Assembly: GCA_963815195.1 (NCBI GenBank)
Contig: CAWFGE010000010.1
Coordinates: forward strand, 224,001-288,000
DNA: 64,000 bases
Direction: 5' to 3'
Source of the DNA: an uncultured Planctomycetaceae bacterium
Lineage (GTDB): Bacteria > Planctomycetota > Planctomycetia > Planctomycetales > Planctomycetaceae
Shown one piece after another: positions 31,410 through 41,701 of this stretch (its first letter is position 1; every line of letters starts with the position of its first letter). The notes under the pieces are model-generated. The model was not told where the DNA came from, did not search any database, and saw only the letters and a program-made list of their open reading frames with translations. Made by a program: the position numbers and the translations under genes.

Positions 31410-33008
31410 TCACAAACGCACGCGGCCCGGCCAGCGGGCGTGGAGCAGGGCTTCCAAAGCATGATCGCGGCCGGTGTACGATTGGAACCAGCTTAAATGG
31501 GCCAGCTCTTGGAGGTGGGAAGAGTCCACAAGCAGCCCGACGCGGCCCGCCGTCATTCGCTGCCCGGTCAGATCGAGTTCCGTCAAGCCTCCAAAAGAAA
31601 CGGAACGTGCGAGCGTCCGAAACGCGGCATCTCCCAATTCTCCGCAGCCCGCGAGACTCAGCGTTCTGAGGTGTTCTATGAGCGGCGAATCGCAGAGCGC
31701 CCGAAACCCCGCCGCCGTGAACGTGTTCCCGCCCACGAACAATTGCTCGAGTTGCCCCAAACGCGGCGACTGGGCAATGGCAGTTAATCCCGCGTCTGTC
31801 AGTTGGCAGGATTCCAACTTGAGCACCCGCAGCTTCGATAATGTTTCGCTGCCGGCAATGGCATTCGCTCCGCTGTCTTTGAGCGGATTGCCGCTGAGAT
31901 CCAACCGCTCGAGCTTGCCGAGAGCCTGGGACGTTAACAGCGTTTTGAGTTTGCCGGCCCCGATGTGTTGGTACGTCATTTCGAGTTCGTTGAGTTCCGA
32001 AAAGTCCGCCTTGCCGAGCGCCGCGCATCCGCCGGTGTGGAGATACGCCGAATCTCGCTGGTAAAACCGCCGCGACAATCGCAGCGTTTCCAGTTGGCGG
32101 CACACGGACGAATCGGCCAGCCGGCAAAATGTCTGATCGCTCAAGGAATTGCCCGAAAGATCGAGCCGTTTCAGTTGCTCGAACCAAGGGGCTTTGAACA
32201 ACGGCTGCACCATGGAATCCGACAGTTGATGATCCACAATCAACAACTCGGTTAAGGAGTGCAGTTTTTTCGTCTGAGCCAACACTCGAATCCCGTTTCG
32301 CCGCGCCGACGGATTTTCATCCGGTCGAAGCTTCATGCGGAGTTCCAACGTTCGCAGGTTTCCAAAATGCGGCGACATAAAAATCTGGTTGACGAGACGC
32401 CGAGTCTCAACGCGATAGTGAAACCGGATGGCCTCTAAATTCTTGAGTCGTGCGGACTGGAAAAACGTTTCGAATGGCCGCGAGGGCCAGGCATCAAAGA
32501 GATGAGAATAACGAGGATCCCCCAGGATCAAGTCGCGGATTTTCACGAGATGCTCGCAAGCCGCGAGTTCTTCATAGGCGTCGTCTGTATCGTTATGCAA
32601 AAACAAATGCAGTTCCCGCAGCGGCAGCGCCGCGAAGATTTCGTCCGCATGTTCCAAAAAGGTCTTGGCCCGTATGCGGGCGGTTTCGCGGAAGCCGCGA
32701 TGCAATCGGCAGCCGCCGCGGCCGGCGAAGAAGGGTTGATACTGGGCGTCCGCAAAACCTTTCCACACCCGCCGGGCCGAGGGACCGAGCCAATCCGCGA
32801 GGTATTCGTTAAGCAGATCGGTCTCGCGGTTTTTGAGTGCCCGCCAATGGAGATCGGCGTGCGGCGTTTGCTCCAGCTCGACCTGCACGCGGATCAATTC
32901 GCCCCGCGGGTCGCCGCATTCCTCCAGCCAGTCGGCATAGATCAGCCGAAGCTGATTGTCTTCGGGATGATCCAGCACGGCCCGGAAATACTGCTCAGCT
33001 TGCGACAT
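31410..33008 (-). CDS. TIGR02996 domain protein with leucine-rich repeats
   Basis: AVLDHPEDNQLRLIYADWLEECGDPRGELIRVQ; RGF; repeated LxxLDLSGNxL. Confidence 0.92.
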   Translation of the reverse strand: MSQAEQYFRAVLDHPEDNQLRLIYADWLEECGDPRGELIRVQVELEQTPHADLHWRALKNRETDLLNEYLADWLGPSARRVWKGFADAQYQPFFAGRGGCRLHRGFRETARIRAKTFLEHADEIFAALPLRELHLFLHNDTDDAYEELAACEHLVKIRDLILGDPRYSHLFDAWPSRPFETFFQSARLKNLEAIRFHYRVETRRLVNQIFMSPHFGNLRTLELRMKLRPDENPSARRNGIRVLAQTKKLHSLTELLIVDHQLSDSMVQPLFKAPWFEQLKRLDLSGNSLSDQTFCRLADSSVCRQLETLRLSRRFYQRDSAYLHTGGCAALGKADFSELNELEMTYQHIGAGKLKTLLTSQALGKLERLDLSGNPLKDSGANAIAGSETLSKLRVLKLESCQLTDAGLTAIAQSPRLGQLEQLFVGGNTFTAAGFRALCDSPLIEHLRTLSLAGCGELGDAAFRTLARSVSFGGLTELDLTGQRMTAGRVGLLVDSSHLQELAHLSWFQSYTGRDHALEALLHARWPGRVRL

Positions 33009-33278
33009 TTTGTTTGGTCACAGATCGAAAAACAAACGGCGTGGACAGCTTCCGTTCAGTAAAATGGATCCGCCCCGCGAGAGCAAGCGGGGATCGAGGC
33101 GAGGAGGCTCTGGTTCAAGGAGAGTTTGCCTTTCCGCGGGGGAGTTCGTAAGATATTTGAAGCTGATGATTTGACATCCCACCCAACGTTGCCCCGACCA
33201 GCATCCCATTTTTTCCGGGGTGTTCCCACCGTTTTTTGAACCCGACCGATCAGCCGATTAGGACCGAATAGGGATCGC

Positions 33279-34520
33279 ATGCAGCGGAATTCATCCACAT
33301 CCCGCGGCCATTCTCTCAACCAGTCTCTGCCGACGTCGCCGGCGGGCGGGCTGCCGGCATTCGATTTCGACCCCCGCACGCGGGTCGTGTTCGGTTCGGG
33401 AACGCTCGGGCGGCTCGGGGAACTCACGGCGGAGCTGGGAAGCCGCGTGCTGTTGGTCACCGACCGCGGGCTTCGCGAAGCCGGACACGAAGACCGGGCG
33501 CTCCATGCCCTCAAGTCCGTCGGGCTGTCCATTGCGGTGTTCGATGAAGTCCGGCAAAATCCCACCACCGACGATGTGGAACGCGGGTTAGCTCTCGCAA
33601 AAAAAGAGAACGCCGATGTCATTGTCGGATTGGGCGGCGGCAGCAGCATGGATTGTGCGAAGGGCATCAACTTCCTCTTCACCAACGGCGGCCGGATGGA
33701 AGATTATTGGGGCGTGGGGAAGGCGGCCATGCCGATGCTCCCCATGATCGCCGTCCCCACAACCGCCGGCACCGGCAGTGAAGCCCAGTCGTTTGCCTTG
33801 ATCGCCAATTCCCAGACCCACATGAAGATGGCCTGCGGCGACAAAAAAGCCGCGTGCCGGGTCGCGATCCTCGATCCCGATCTGACGGTGAGCATGCCGG
33901 CTTCGGTGACGGCGGCGACGGGCATCGATGCCCTCAGCCACGCTTTGGAAACTTACGTCACCAAACCGCGAAACCCAGTGAGCCAGATCTTCAGCCGGCG
34001 GGCCTGGAATTTGCTCTCGTTCGGTTTTCCCCGCGTGCTCGCCGAGCCCAAGGACTTGGAAGCCCGGGCCGCGATGCTGTTGGGATCGCATTTCGCGGGC
34101 GCAGCGATCGAATACTCCATGCTGGGAGCAACCCACGCGTTGGCGAATCCGCTGTCGGCCCATTACGAAATGACGCACGGGGTGGCGATCGGGATCATGT
34201 TGCCGCACGTCATTCGTTATAATGCCGAGGTCGTGGGCACGCTTTACGGCGAGTTGGCCCACGATGCGGGACTGTGCGAAACGGACGATCCCGAGGCCGC
34301 GAAGGTGTTGGCCGATTTGATCGCTTCGTGGGTGGCCCGGTCGGGGCAACCGACCGACCTGGCCCAATGCCGGGTCTCCCCCGATTTGATCCCGCGGATG
34401 GCGGAAGAGGCCGCCGCCCAATGGACCGGAAACTTCAATCCCCGCCCCGTCGATCCCGGCAGTTTACAGGAGTTGTACCAATGCGCCTTTCCCCGCCATC
34501 TCGTTCCGCCTTCGGTTTGA
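33279..34520 (+). CDS. Iron-containing alcohol dehydrogenase
   Basis: [43 protein letters not shown]. Confidence 0.93.
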   Translation: MQRNSSTSRGHSLNQSLPTSPAGGLPAFDFDPRTRVVFGSGTLGRLGELTAELGSRVLLVTDRGLREAGHEDRALHALKSVGLSIAVFDEVRQNPTTDDVERGLALAKKENADVIVGLGGGSSMDCAKGINFLFTNGGRMEDYWGVGKAAMPMLPMIAVPTTAGTGSEAQSFALIANSQTHMKMACGDKKAACRVAILDPDLTVSMPASVTAATGIDALSHALETYVTKPRNPVSQIFSRRAWNLLSFGFPRVLAEPKDLEARAAMLLGSHFAGAAIEYSMLGATHALANPLSAHYEMTHGVAIGIMLPHVIRYNAEVVGTLYGELAHDAGLCETDDPEAAKVLADLIASWVARSGQPTDLAQCRVSPDLIPRMAEEAAAQWTGNFNPRPVDPGSLQELYQCAFPRHLVPPSV

Positions 34521-35671
34521 TCGCCGCGGTCCTTTGGGGCATTCATTTGCTTGGAGGAGGGACCGGTTCGCTCCGCGCGGAGGAAACCCCCTCGAAGGAT
34601 TGGACCTCCTTCCGCAACAACTTCCAGCTGACCGGCATCGCCGGCACCAGCCTGCCGGACAAGCTCGAAGTCCTCTGGAAAATGGAAGTGCCCTACGGGG
34701 TTTCCAGCACGGCCGCGATTGTAAATGGCCGGGTTTACATCGGCACGATCAACGGGAATTTTTTCTGCCTGGAACTCAAGACCGGTAAAAAGATCTGGAC
34801 GTACCGTTCCATCGAGGATCCCGATCCCGACGCCTTCGCCCCGGCGTTCAAGTGCTCCCCGACCGTCACGAAAAACGCCATCTACATCGGCGACGAGGAC
34901 GGCATGTTCCATTGCATCGATCCCAAAACCGGCAAGAAGAAATGGACGTTCCACACCAACGGCGAGATCATCAGCTCGCCCGCGCTCGCCGGCGACAAGG
35001 TGCTCTTCGGTTCTTACGACAACAGCCTGTATTGCCTGAACGCCCTTGATGGGAAGAAGCTGTGGAACTTTGAAACCGAAGGCTACGTGCACTGTTCCCC
35101 CGCCATCGCCGGGAAACACACCTTCGTCACCGGCTGCGACGAGCAGTTCCGCGTCATCAACATCGAAACGGGCGAACAAGAAGGCAACCTGCCCCTGGCG
35201 ACCTACCTCATCGCTTCGCCCGCGCTCAAGGGGGATCATCTTTACTTCGGCACCTATGGCAGCGAAGTCCTCAGCCTGAATTGGAAGACCCGCGAAATCG
35301 AATGGCGGTACCGCGACGAGAAAAAAGAGTTTCCTTATCACTCCTCCGCCGCGGTCACGGACGATTTTCTAGTCGTCGGCGGCCGGGACAAGCAGGTGCA
35401 CTGCATCGACCGCAAAACCGGCAAAGGCGTGTGGAAGTTCCCAACCCGCGGCCGAGTCGATAGCTCCCCGGTCATCGTGGGCGACCGCATTTTCGTCGGT
35501 TCCAGCGATGGGAACCTCTACGAGATCGGTTTGAAGGATGGCAAGGAACGCTGGAAGTTTGAAATCGGCCGCGATGTCACCGCCTCCCCCGCCATCGGCG
35601 AAGGCTGTGTGGTCATCGGAGCCGAGGGATCGGATCAGTTCATTTATTGCTTCGGGGAAAAACCCCAATGA
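34481..35671 (+). CDS. Secreted PQQ-binding-like beta-propeller protein
   Basis: AGGAG upstream; signal peptide; repeated SSPA...GS.D...YCL...TGK..W.F units; overlaps the ADH 3' end. Confidence 0.88.
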   Translation: MRLSPPSRSAFGLIAAVLWGIHLLGGGTGSLRAEETPSKDWTSFRNNFQLTGIAGTSLPDKLEVLWKMEVPYGVSSTAAIVNGRVYIGTINGNFFCLELKTGKKIWTYRSIEDPDPDAFAPAFKCSPTVTKNAIYIGDEDGMFHCIDPKTGKKKWTFHTNGEIISSPALAGDKVLFGSYDNSLYCLNALDGKKLWNFETEGYVHCSPAIAGKHTFVTGCDEQFRVINIETGEQEGNLPLATYLIASPALKGDHLYFGTYGSEVLSLNWKTREIEWRYRDEKKEFPYHSSAAVTDDFLVVGGRDKQVHCIDRKTGKGVWKFPTRGRVDSSPVIVGDRIFVGSSDGNLYEIGLKDGKERWKFEIGRDVTASPAIGEGCVVIGAEGSDQFIYCFGEKPQ

Positions 35672-35701
35672 TTTAAAGCCACCGATAGTGACCAATGCGT
35701 C

Positions 35702-35963
35702 AAATTCGAAAACCGAATTTCGAAATCCGAAACAAATGCGGAATTCAAAATCTCTGAACCAAACCCTTGAGCGAATGGTTTCCAATGCGAAGTGATGTTT
35801 TTACCGCGAAGCGGTTATAGAACAAAGCCCAGGGTCGCGAAGCGTACCCTGGGTAACAAATAACCCCGTGTTCTTCGTTTTTCGTTTTGATGATTTGAAT
35901 TTTGGATTTAGAGTTTTGGATTTAGAATTTGTTTCGGATTTCGAGATTCGGATTTCGGATTTG
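35702..35963. repeat. Heptamer-armed palindromic cassette enclosing a REP-like hairpin pair
   Basis: CGAAATCCGAAACAAAT (35721-35737) / ATTTGTTTCGGATTTCG (35927-35943); interior ACCGCGAAGCGGT and CCCAGGGT..ACCCTGGG (35803-35854). Confidence 0.75.
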
Positions 35964-36013
35964 ATCCATTGATCCGTCATTAAATGAATTAGACCACTCA
36001 ACAGGTAACTTTC

Positions 36014-37324
36014 ATGGCCACCGATACGACGGAATCGACGGAAGTCGGCAGTTATTTTATCTCGAACTACCCGCCGTTCTCGCAGTGGACGCGCGAGGCT
36101 GTGACCGAGGCGTTTGATGCCTTGGCCCGCGAACCGGACCCCGCGGTGCCGTTGGGGTTGTATATGCACATCCCCTTCTGCCGGAAGCGGTGCCGGTTTT
36201 GCTACTTCCGCGTCTATACGCAGCAAAACGCCAAGACGATCGAAAACTACGTGCAGGCTTTGGAGCGCGAGTTTGAACTGGTCAGCGGGCAACCCGGAGT
36301 CAAGGGGCGGGAACTCAGGTTCGCCTACTTCGGCGGCGGGACGCCTTCGTATCTGAGTTCCAAGCAACTCTTGTCGCTCAGGGATCGGCTGATCGAGCAT
36401 CTCTCCTGGGACACCGCCGAGGAAGTCACCTTCGAATGCGAACCGGGAACTTTAAGCCTGGAGAAAGTCCAAACCCTCAAAGAGATCGGGATCACGCGGG
36501 TGTCCTTGGGCGTCGAGAACTTTAACGATTCCATCCTCGAAGAGAACGGCCGGGCCCATCTCTCGCCGGAGGTTCTTCAGGCTTATGAATGGATCCAAAA
36601 CGTCGGCTTCCCGCAGGTCAATATCGACTTGATTGCCGGGATGATCGGCGAGACGGACGAGAACTGGCACCGCTGCCTCGAAAAAGCCGCCGAGATGGAC
36701 CCCGACAACATCACGATCTATCAAATGGAACTCCCGTTCAATACGCTGATTTCCAAGGAGATGAAGGAGTCGGGCATTGAGTCTCCCATCGCCGACTGGG
36801 CCACGAAACGCCGGTGGGTCAGCGAAGCGATCGATTTTTTGGCGGGGCGCGGCTACCAGGTTTCCAGCGGGAACGAGTTCGTCAAGAACCTGGAAACCGA
36901 CCGTTTCGTGTACCGCGACAACCTGTGGCGCGGGGCGGATTTGTTGGCGACGGGGGTGTCGTCCTTTGGGCATTTCCAGGGCGTGCATTATCAGAATTAC
37001 GACCAGATGGAAGACTACATCGCCGTGGTGAATGAAGGCCGATTGCCGATCAACCGGGCGATGACGCCCAGCGTGCATCAAACGCTGATCCGCGAGTTCA
37101 TTTTGCAAATGAAGGAAGGCCGGGTCTCCGCCGAGCCGTTCCGCCAGAAGTTCGGCGTGGATATTTTGGAGGAGTTCCGCGAACCGCTCAAAAACCAGCA
37201 GGCGGCCGGTTATCTCAATGTGGAAGGCGACGAAATCCGCCTGACCCGCAAAGGCCTGTTGCAAGTGGACAGTTTGTTGCCCGAATATTTTGAAGAACAG
37301 CACCGCGCCGTGCGGTATACGTAG
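36014..37324 (+). CDS. HemN-like radical SAM enzyme
   Basis: [16 protein letters not shown] (CxxxCxxC), [20 protein letters not shown]; HemN-type C-terminal region. Confidence 0.92.
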   Translation: MATDTTESTEVGSYFISNYPPFSQWTREAVTEAFDALAREPDPAVPLGLYMHIPFCRKRCRFCYFRVYTQQNAKTIENYVQALEREFELVSGQPGVKGRELRFAYFGGGTPSYLSSKQLLSLRDRLIEHLSWDTAEEVTFECEPGTLSLEKVQTLKEIGITRVSLGVENFNDSILEENGRAHLSPEVLQAYEWIQNVGFPQVNIDLIAGMIGETDENWHRCLEKAAEMDPDNITIYQMELPFNTLISKEMKESGIESPIADWATKRRWVSEAIDFLAGRGYQVSSGNEFVKNLETDRFVYRDNLWRGADLLATGVSSFGHFQGVHYQNYDQMEDYIAVVNEGRLPINRAMTPSVHQTLIREFILQMKEGRVSAEPFRQKFGVDILEEFREPLKNQQAAGYLNVEGDEIRLTRKGLLQVDSLLPEYFEEQHRAVRYT

Positions 37325-37396
37325 CATATCGCCGAGGGGGATGTTGTATCGAGATGCATCAAATTCAAAATTCATTAGTTCCAAATGACGGAAAAA

Positions 37397-37588
37397 GGAC
37401 CGAAGGTCCGGCCCTATGTCAGCCCTGGAAAACGGGACTTAATCCGCGGCGAGAATCTTCATCCACATTGTGTTCTCCACCAAGAATCGAAAGGGCCGCC
37501 CCGTTGGGGCTAGGGTTTCATTCATCATTCGTAACCCAGGGCGGCGCTGCGCTTGCCCTGGGCTGACATAGAGCCGGGCCTTCGGCCC
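37397..37588. repeat. REP/MITE-like element with 29-bp imperfect terminal inverted repeats
   Basis: GGACCGAAGGTCCGGCCCTATGTCAGCCC / GGGCTGACATAGAGCCGGGCCTTCGGCCC (3 mismatches); internal CCCAGGGC..GCCCTGGG hairpin. Confidence 0.8.
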
Positions 37589-37633
37589 TAAAGCCGGGAC
37601 GGTTGCACCACAATCACACGAGATTTGGGACTA

Positions 37634-37792
37634 CCGAATCTCGAAATCCGAAACAAATTCCAATGACCGAAAGATCCAAATTCCAAACCGATGCGCGGGA
37701 CGTTTGCAGGTCGGCCATCGTCTGCGAGGTTTGGAGCCTTGGGATTGGGAATTTTGAATTTGTTTCGGATTTCGGATTTCGTGCTTCGAATT
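37634..37792. repeat. Empty heptamer-armed palindromic cassette
   Basis: CGAAATCCGAAACAAAT (37642-37658) / ATTTGTTTCGGATTTCG (37758-37774), same core as 35702-35963. Confidence 0.78.
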
Positions 37793-37869
37793 TTCTACAA
37801 ACAAACGCATCGCGATTTCGCAATCGTTTTTAATGGGCCATTTTTATCTTCCTCGATCGGTTGTTTTCC

Positions 37870-38406
37870 GTGAATCCGCAAGACGAACTCAAAAAACTGA
37901 CGGACCTGTTTCCGTCCGATCCGCCGCTGATTGCGAAGGCGGAGCACGTGGCCTCGGCGTTGGTGCCGGAGCCTTATCAGACCCTGTTGGTGCACAACTC
38001 GCACATGACCGTCACGATGGAGCAGTACCACCGCTCGCGCGTGGATGTCCGCATTCTGGACCGCGCCTACGAAGGCAACGTCTACGCGCGGAAGATTCTG
38101 CTTCTTAAAAGCGGCAGCGACGAGGTGGTGCAGTTCGGAATCGTGCGGTTTGATTTTCAGTACGTGACCCATGTCGTCCGGGACGAAATCCTCGCGGGCG
38201 AAATCCCGCTGGGCCGGGTGCTGATCAATCACAACGTGCTCCGGCACATCGACCTGGGGGCCGTGCTTCGGATCACCGCGGGGCCGGAACTGGCGGAACT
38301 CTTCGGCCGGCAGGTCGGCTTTGTGACATACGGCCGGCTCGCAACGATTTTTTGCAACCAGCAGCCGGCCGTCGATCTCTTGGAAATCTCCGCGCCTTTG
38401 GACTAG
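37870..38406 (+). CDS. Chorismate lyase (UbiC)-like fold protein
   Basis: LL...[22 protein letters not shown]....F....P...LE pattern and ~180 aa size resemble the UbiC/UTRA fold; judged by eye. Confidence 0.55.
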   Translation: MNPQDELKKLTDLFPSDPPLIAKAEHVASALVPEPYQTLLVHNSHMTVTMEQYHRSRVDVRILDRAYEGNVYARKILLLKSGSDEVVQFGIVRFDFQYVTHVVRDEILAGEIPLGRVLINHNVLRHIDLGAVLRITAGPELAELFGRQVGFVTYGRLATIFCNQQPAVDLLEISAPLD

Positions 38407-38471
38407 AAATGAAGGACGGGCCATTTCGTTCGGATGTCCTTTTCACTCCCACCCTTTCTTACCCACCTGCG

Positions 38472-39773
38472 ATGATCCACAAAATCTCCTCCCCTGAACC
38501 CAAAGCCGTCACGCAACCCGAACTGGCGAATGACTACGACGTGATCATCATCGGCGGCGGGCCGGCGGGTTCCACGACCGCGGCGCTCGTGGCCGAGCAT
38601 GGGCATCGGGCGCTGCTCCTGGAGCGTTCGCTGTTCCCGCGGTTTCACGTCGGCGAATCGCTGATCCCCGAAACCTATTGGACGCTGGGGCGGTTGGGCC
38701 TGCTCGAAGAGCTCAAACGCTCCGCGTTCCCCAAAAAATACAGCGTGCAGTTTGTGAGCGACGGCTACAAAGAGTCGGCCCCGTTTTATTTTGAAGACCA
38801 TAACCCGCACGAATGCTCGGTGACCTGGCAGGTCGTCCGCGGCGAGTTTGATGGGATGCTCCTCCAAACCGCCCGCGACAAAGGCGCCGTCGTCCGCACC
38901 GACGGGCAGGTCCTGGATGTGCTGTTTGACGGCGACCGGGCGGTGGGCGTGCGCGTGCAAGTCGGCGAAGGGGCGGAGAAAACCGTGCGGGAAACGCGGG
39001 CGAAGATCATTGTCGACGCCACCGGGCAGTCGGCGTTTCTGGCGAATCGATTGGGCCTGAAAACGCCCGACAAGCGATTGAAGATGGGCACCGTCTGGAC
39101 CTATTTCCGAAACGCCCAGCGCGACCCCGGCAAGGACGAGGGCGCGACGCTCATCATGCAGACCGAGGGCAAAAAGTCGTGGTTCTGGTACATCCCGCTG
39201 CCGGACAACATCGTCAGCATCGGCTGCACGGGGCCTTTGGGGTATATGTTTTCCAAAGACCGAGGCACCGCGGAAGAGGTGTACCAAACCGAGCTGCGCC
39301 GCTGCCCGGCCCTCGAACGCCGGCTCGCGAATGCCACGCGGGAGACGGACTATTTCACCACGAAGGATTTCTCGTACCGGGCCAAACAAGCCGCGGGTCC
39401 GGGTTGGCTCTTGGTGGGAGATGCATTCGGATTTATCGATCCGGTGTATTCGTCCGGCGTGTTTCTGGCGCTCAAGTCGGGCGAACTCGCGGCGGACGCG
39501 ATTCACGAAGCGCTCGAAGCCGGCGATCTCTCGGCGGAAAAACTCGGCGCCTGGCAGCCCGCTTATGTCGAGGGCTTGGAGATGTTTCGCAGGCTCGTGT
39601 ATGCCTTCTATACGCCGGAGTTCAGCTTCGCCGCGTTCCTCCGTGAGCATCCAGAGTTCAAAGAGCATCTGGTGGACATTCTGATCGGCAACGTGTTCCG
39701 CCCCGGCCTGTCTGAGATGTTCGAGGCGATGGGCGAAGTCGCCCCGCCGGCCCCGGACATGCCCTTGGGCTAA
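38472..39773 (+). CDS. FAD-dependent halogenase-like oxidoreductase
   Basis: IGGGPAG, FPRFHVGESL, FPKK, DATG, WFWYIP (WxWxIP), GDAFGFIDPVYSSGV. Confidence 0.85.
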   Translation: MIHKISSPEPKAVTQPELANDYDVIIIGGGPAGSTTAALVAEHGHRALLLERSLFPRFHVGESLIPETYWTLGRLGLLEELKRSAFPKKYSVQFVSDGYKESAPFYFEDHNPHECSVTWQVVRGEFDGMLLQTARDKGAVVRTDGQVLDVLFDGDRAVGVRVQVGEGAEKTVRETRAKIIVDATGQSAFLANRLGLKTPDKRLKMGTVWTYFRNAQRDPGKDEGATLIMQTEGKKSWFWYIPLPDNIVSIGCTGPLGYMFSKDRGTAEEVYQTELRRCPALERRLANATRETDYFTTKDFSYRAKQAAGPGWLLVGDAFGFIDPVYSSGVFLALKSGELAADAIHEALEAGDLSAEKLGAWQPAYVEGLEMFRRLVYAFYTPEFSFAAFLREHPEFKEHLVDILIGNVFRPGLSEMFEAMGEVAPPAPDMPLG

Positions 39774-40045
39774 AACTTGCCAAATCGGGCTTGGCAAACT
39801 TGAGGGAAATTTCTATAAATCGCCGCGAATTGAGGAAGAAATCTCCAAACGCGCGGGAAAATGCGTTCGCTGGTTTCGCTCGGTTCGCAACTCTCACCAC
39901 ATTTCTGAAATTCCCTGTCTCACTCGATCTTCGCAAGTCCCTCCCCTTGAGGCGGCTGCCGCGCCCGGTTTTCCGATGACCCGTCATCGGCCCGCTGACG
40001 GTGCGCCGGTCCTCCGGGCGAGGCCAACCTGCAAGGAGTCTCTCC

Positions 40046-40900
40046 ATGTCTCGATGTGCGCGCCTGGTTCTGTTGGGTTTGGCCGGTGTCTTTGCGACCA
40101 CGGGGGCCGCTTGCAATTCGGTGCCGCGTTATGCGCTCCGCCAAAGCCAGCTCAGGGCGGCCCAGTTGTATCAGGAAAACCAGGCCACCTTGGCCCAGTT
40201 GGGCGAAAGCCAGCAGCAGGCCGCCTTGGAGGCCGCCAAAGCCCGGCAGCTGGCCCAGCAAAACGCCGGCCTCGAATCGCGGTTGGCCCAGGCCACCGGG
40301 CAGTTGGACACCTCGAACAAACGGATCGCCAACTACCAGAGCGCCCAGTCGGAAATGGAAGCCCGCATGGTGCAGCTCATCAATCAGCAGAAAAACCTGA
40401 CGAGCCCGCTCTCGAGCGAGACCTCCAAACGCTTCGAGGAACTCGCCAGGAAGTATCCCAACTTTGAGTTCGACCCCGCGACCGGGGTGAGCAAGTTCCA
40501 TTCGGACATTCTCTTCGGTTCCGGGAGTGCGAAGATCAAACGCTCGGCCGAGCCTTTGCTCAAGGAGTTCGCGTCGATCATGAACGAACCGGACGCCAAA
40601 CGGCTCAACATCCTTATCGTCGGCCACACGGACGACAAGCCCATCGGCAAGCCCGCGACCCGCGAGTCGCATCCGACCAACGGCCATCTCTCGACCAACC
40701 GCGGGCATTCGGTTCGCATCGCCCTCCAGCAAGCCGGCTTGGGCGATGCCCGCATGGGCGTCGCGGGATACGGCCCGCATCAGCCGGTGGTTGCTAACAA
40801 GGACGACGATTCCCGGCAACTCAACCGCCGGGTGGAAATCTTCGTCCTCGCCCCCGACGCTGTCGTCGCTGGCTGGGATCCGCTCCAAAGCCTCAACTGA
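40046..40900 (+). CDS. OmpA/MotB-family lipoprotein with coiled coil
   Basis: AAGGAG RBS; lipobox-like GAAC; DILFGSG, VGHTD, N..LS..R, NRRVEI. Confidence 0.9.
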   Translation: MSRCARLVLLGLAGVFATTGAACNSVPRYALRQSQLRAAQLYQENQATLAQLGESQQQAALEAAKARQLAQQNAGLESRLAQATGQLDTSNKRIANYQSAQSEMEARMVQLINQQKNLTSPLSSETSKRFEELARKYPNFEFDPATGVSKFHSDILFGSGSAKIKRSAEPLLKEFASIMNEPDAKRLNILIVGHTDDKPIGKPATRESHPTNGHLSTNRGHSVRIALQQAGLGDARMGVAGYGPHQPVVANKDDDSRQLNRRVEIFVLAPDAVVAGWDPLQSLN

Positions 40901-41006
40901 CGGCAAGCCGTTTCCGAGATTTTTTCCAAGGGGATGTGAGCCCGGTGGTTCGCATCCTTTTTTGCTTGGTCGGTCCGGGAATTTGAAAGACAAAATGGAG
41001 TTCGGC

Positions 41007-41636
41007 TCAACCCCAGAATTTCCACCAGGGCCTCGACGGCGAGTGATCCGTCACGAAGTAGCGGTCCGACTCGCCCGGCGGAACGGGAACAGGGCGGTCG
41101 TTTTCAAAAACCACGCTCCATCCTTCGGGCAAAAGCCAGAATGGGAAAAACCGGCGGTCGTGAATGCTGACTTCGTACAGCGATATTCGATCGTGCCCCC
41201 GCAAGTTATTGATCGGCAGTCCCTGGCTGCGCGTGCCCACCACCCAGCCGGAAAAATCCTCCTCTGCCGGCGAAATCCGGCTTAGGAACGCCTCTGGATC
41301 GCCCGGTTCGTAGTAAGTGTCAACGCGGGCGTAGTGTCTCAAGGTGCATCGCAGCGGCTCGACTTTCAGTTCGTTCAGAACGTGCGTTTGCTGCGCGTCG
41401 ATCTTTTCGACCAGACGGAAGTCGCGGGTAAACGAGGCCATTTCCTGAAAATCGAGCGTTTCCACATCGATTCCCTGCCGCCCCTCGCAAACCTGAAACC
41501 AGAACCAGCCCCACTCCACGGTCTCGCCGGGCTTCGCGTTCCGCGAACGCAATCCGTCGAGGACGGCCTGTTTGAGCGCACCGCGGTTTTGCATCCCAAT
41601 CCCCTGTCCTAGAGAAGATCTTCCCAGCGGATTCAT
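41007..41636 (-). CDS. Hypothetical protein, possible Imm33-like immunity domain
   Basis: R......SGWVVG...SLYE......PFWLLPEGW pattern; C-terminal RPWWKFWG; start uncertain. Confidence 0.5.
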   Translation of the reverse strand: MNPLGRSSLGQGIGMQNRGALKQAVLDGLRSRNAKPGETVEWGWFWFQVCEGRQGIDVETLDFQEMASFTRDFRLVEKIDAQQTHVLNELKVEPLRCTLRHYARVDTYYEPGDPEAFLSRISPAEEDFSGWVVGTRSQGLPINNLRGHDRISLYEVSIHDRRFFPFWLLPEGWSVVFENDRPVPVPPGESDRYFVTDHSPSRPWWKFWG

Positions 41637-41701
41637 ACACTCATTCCCGATAATTCTCCGCGAGAGCCGCCTTCCCGACAAGCGTCGGGCGGGATTGGCT
41701 G

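Noticed and set aside
34481..35671. Naming the propeller bamB or a PQQ dehydrogenase
   Set aside because: It has no lipobox, no bam/der context and no visible catalytic dehydrogenase features
36014..37324. Naming the radical SAM hemN or hemW
   Set aside because: There is no heme gene context and it lacks the HNxxYW motif of HemW; only family-level assignment is supported
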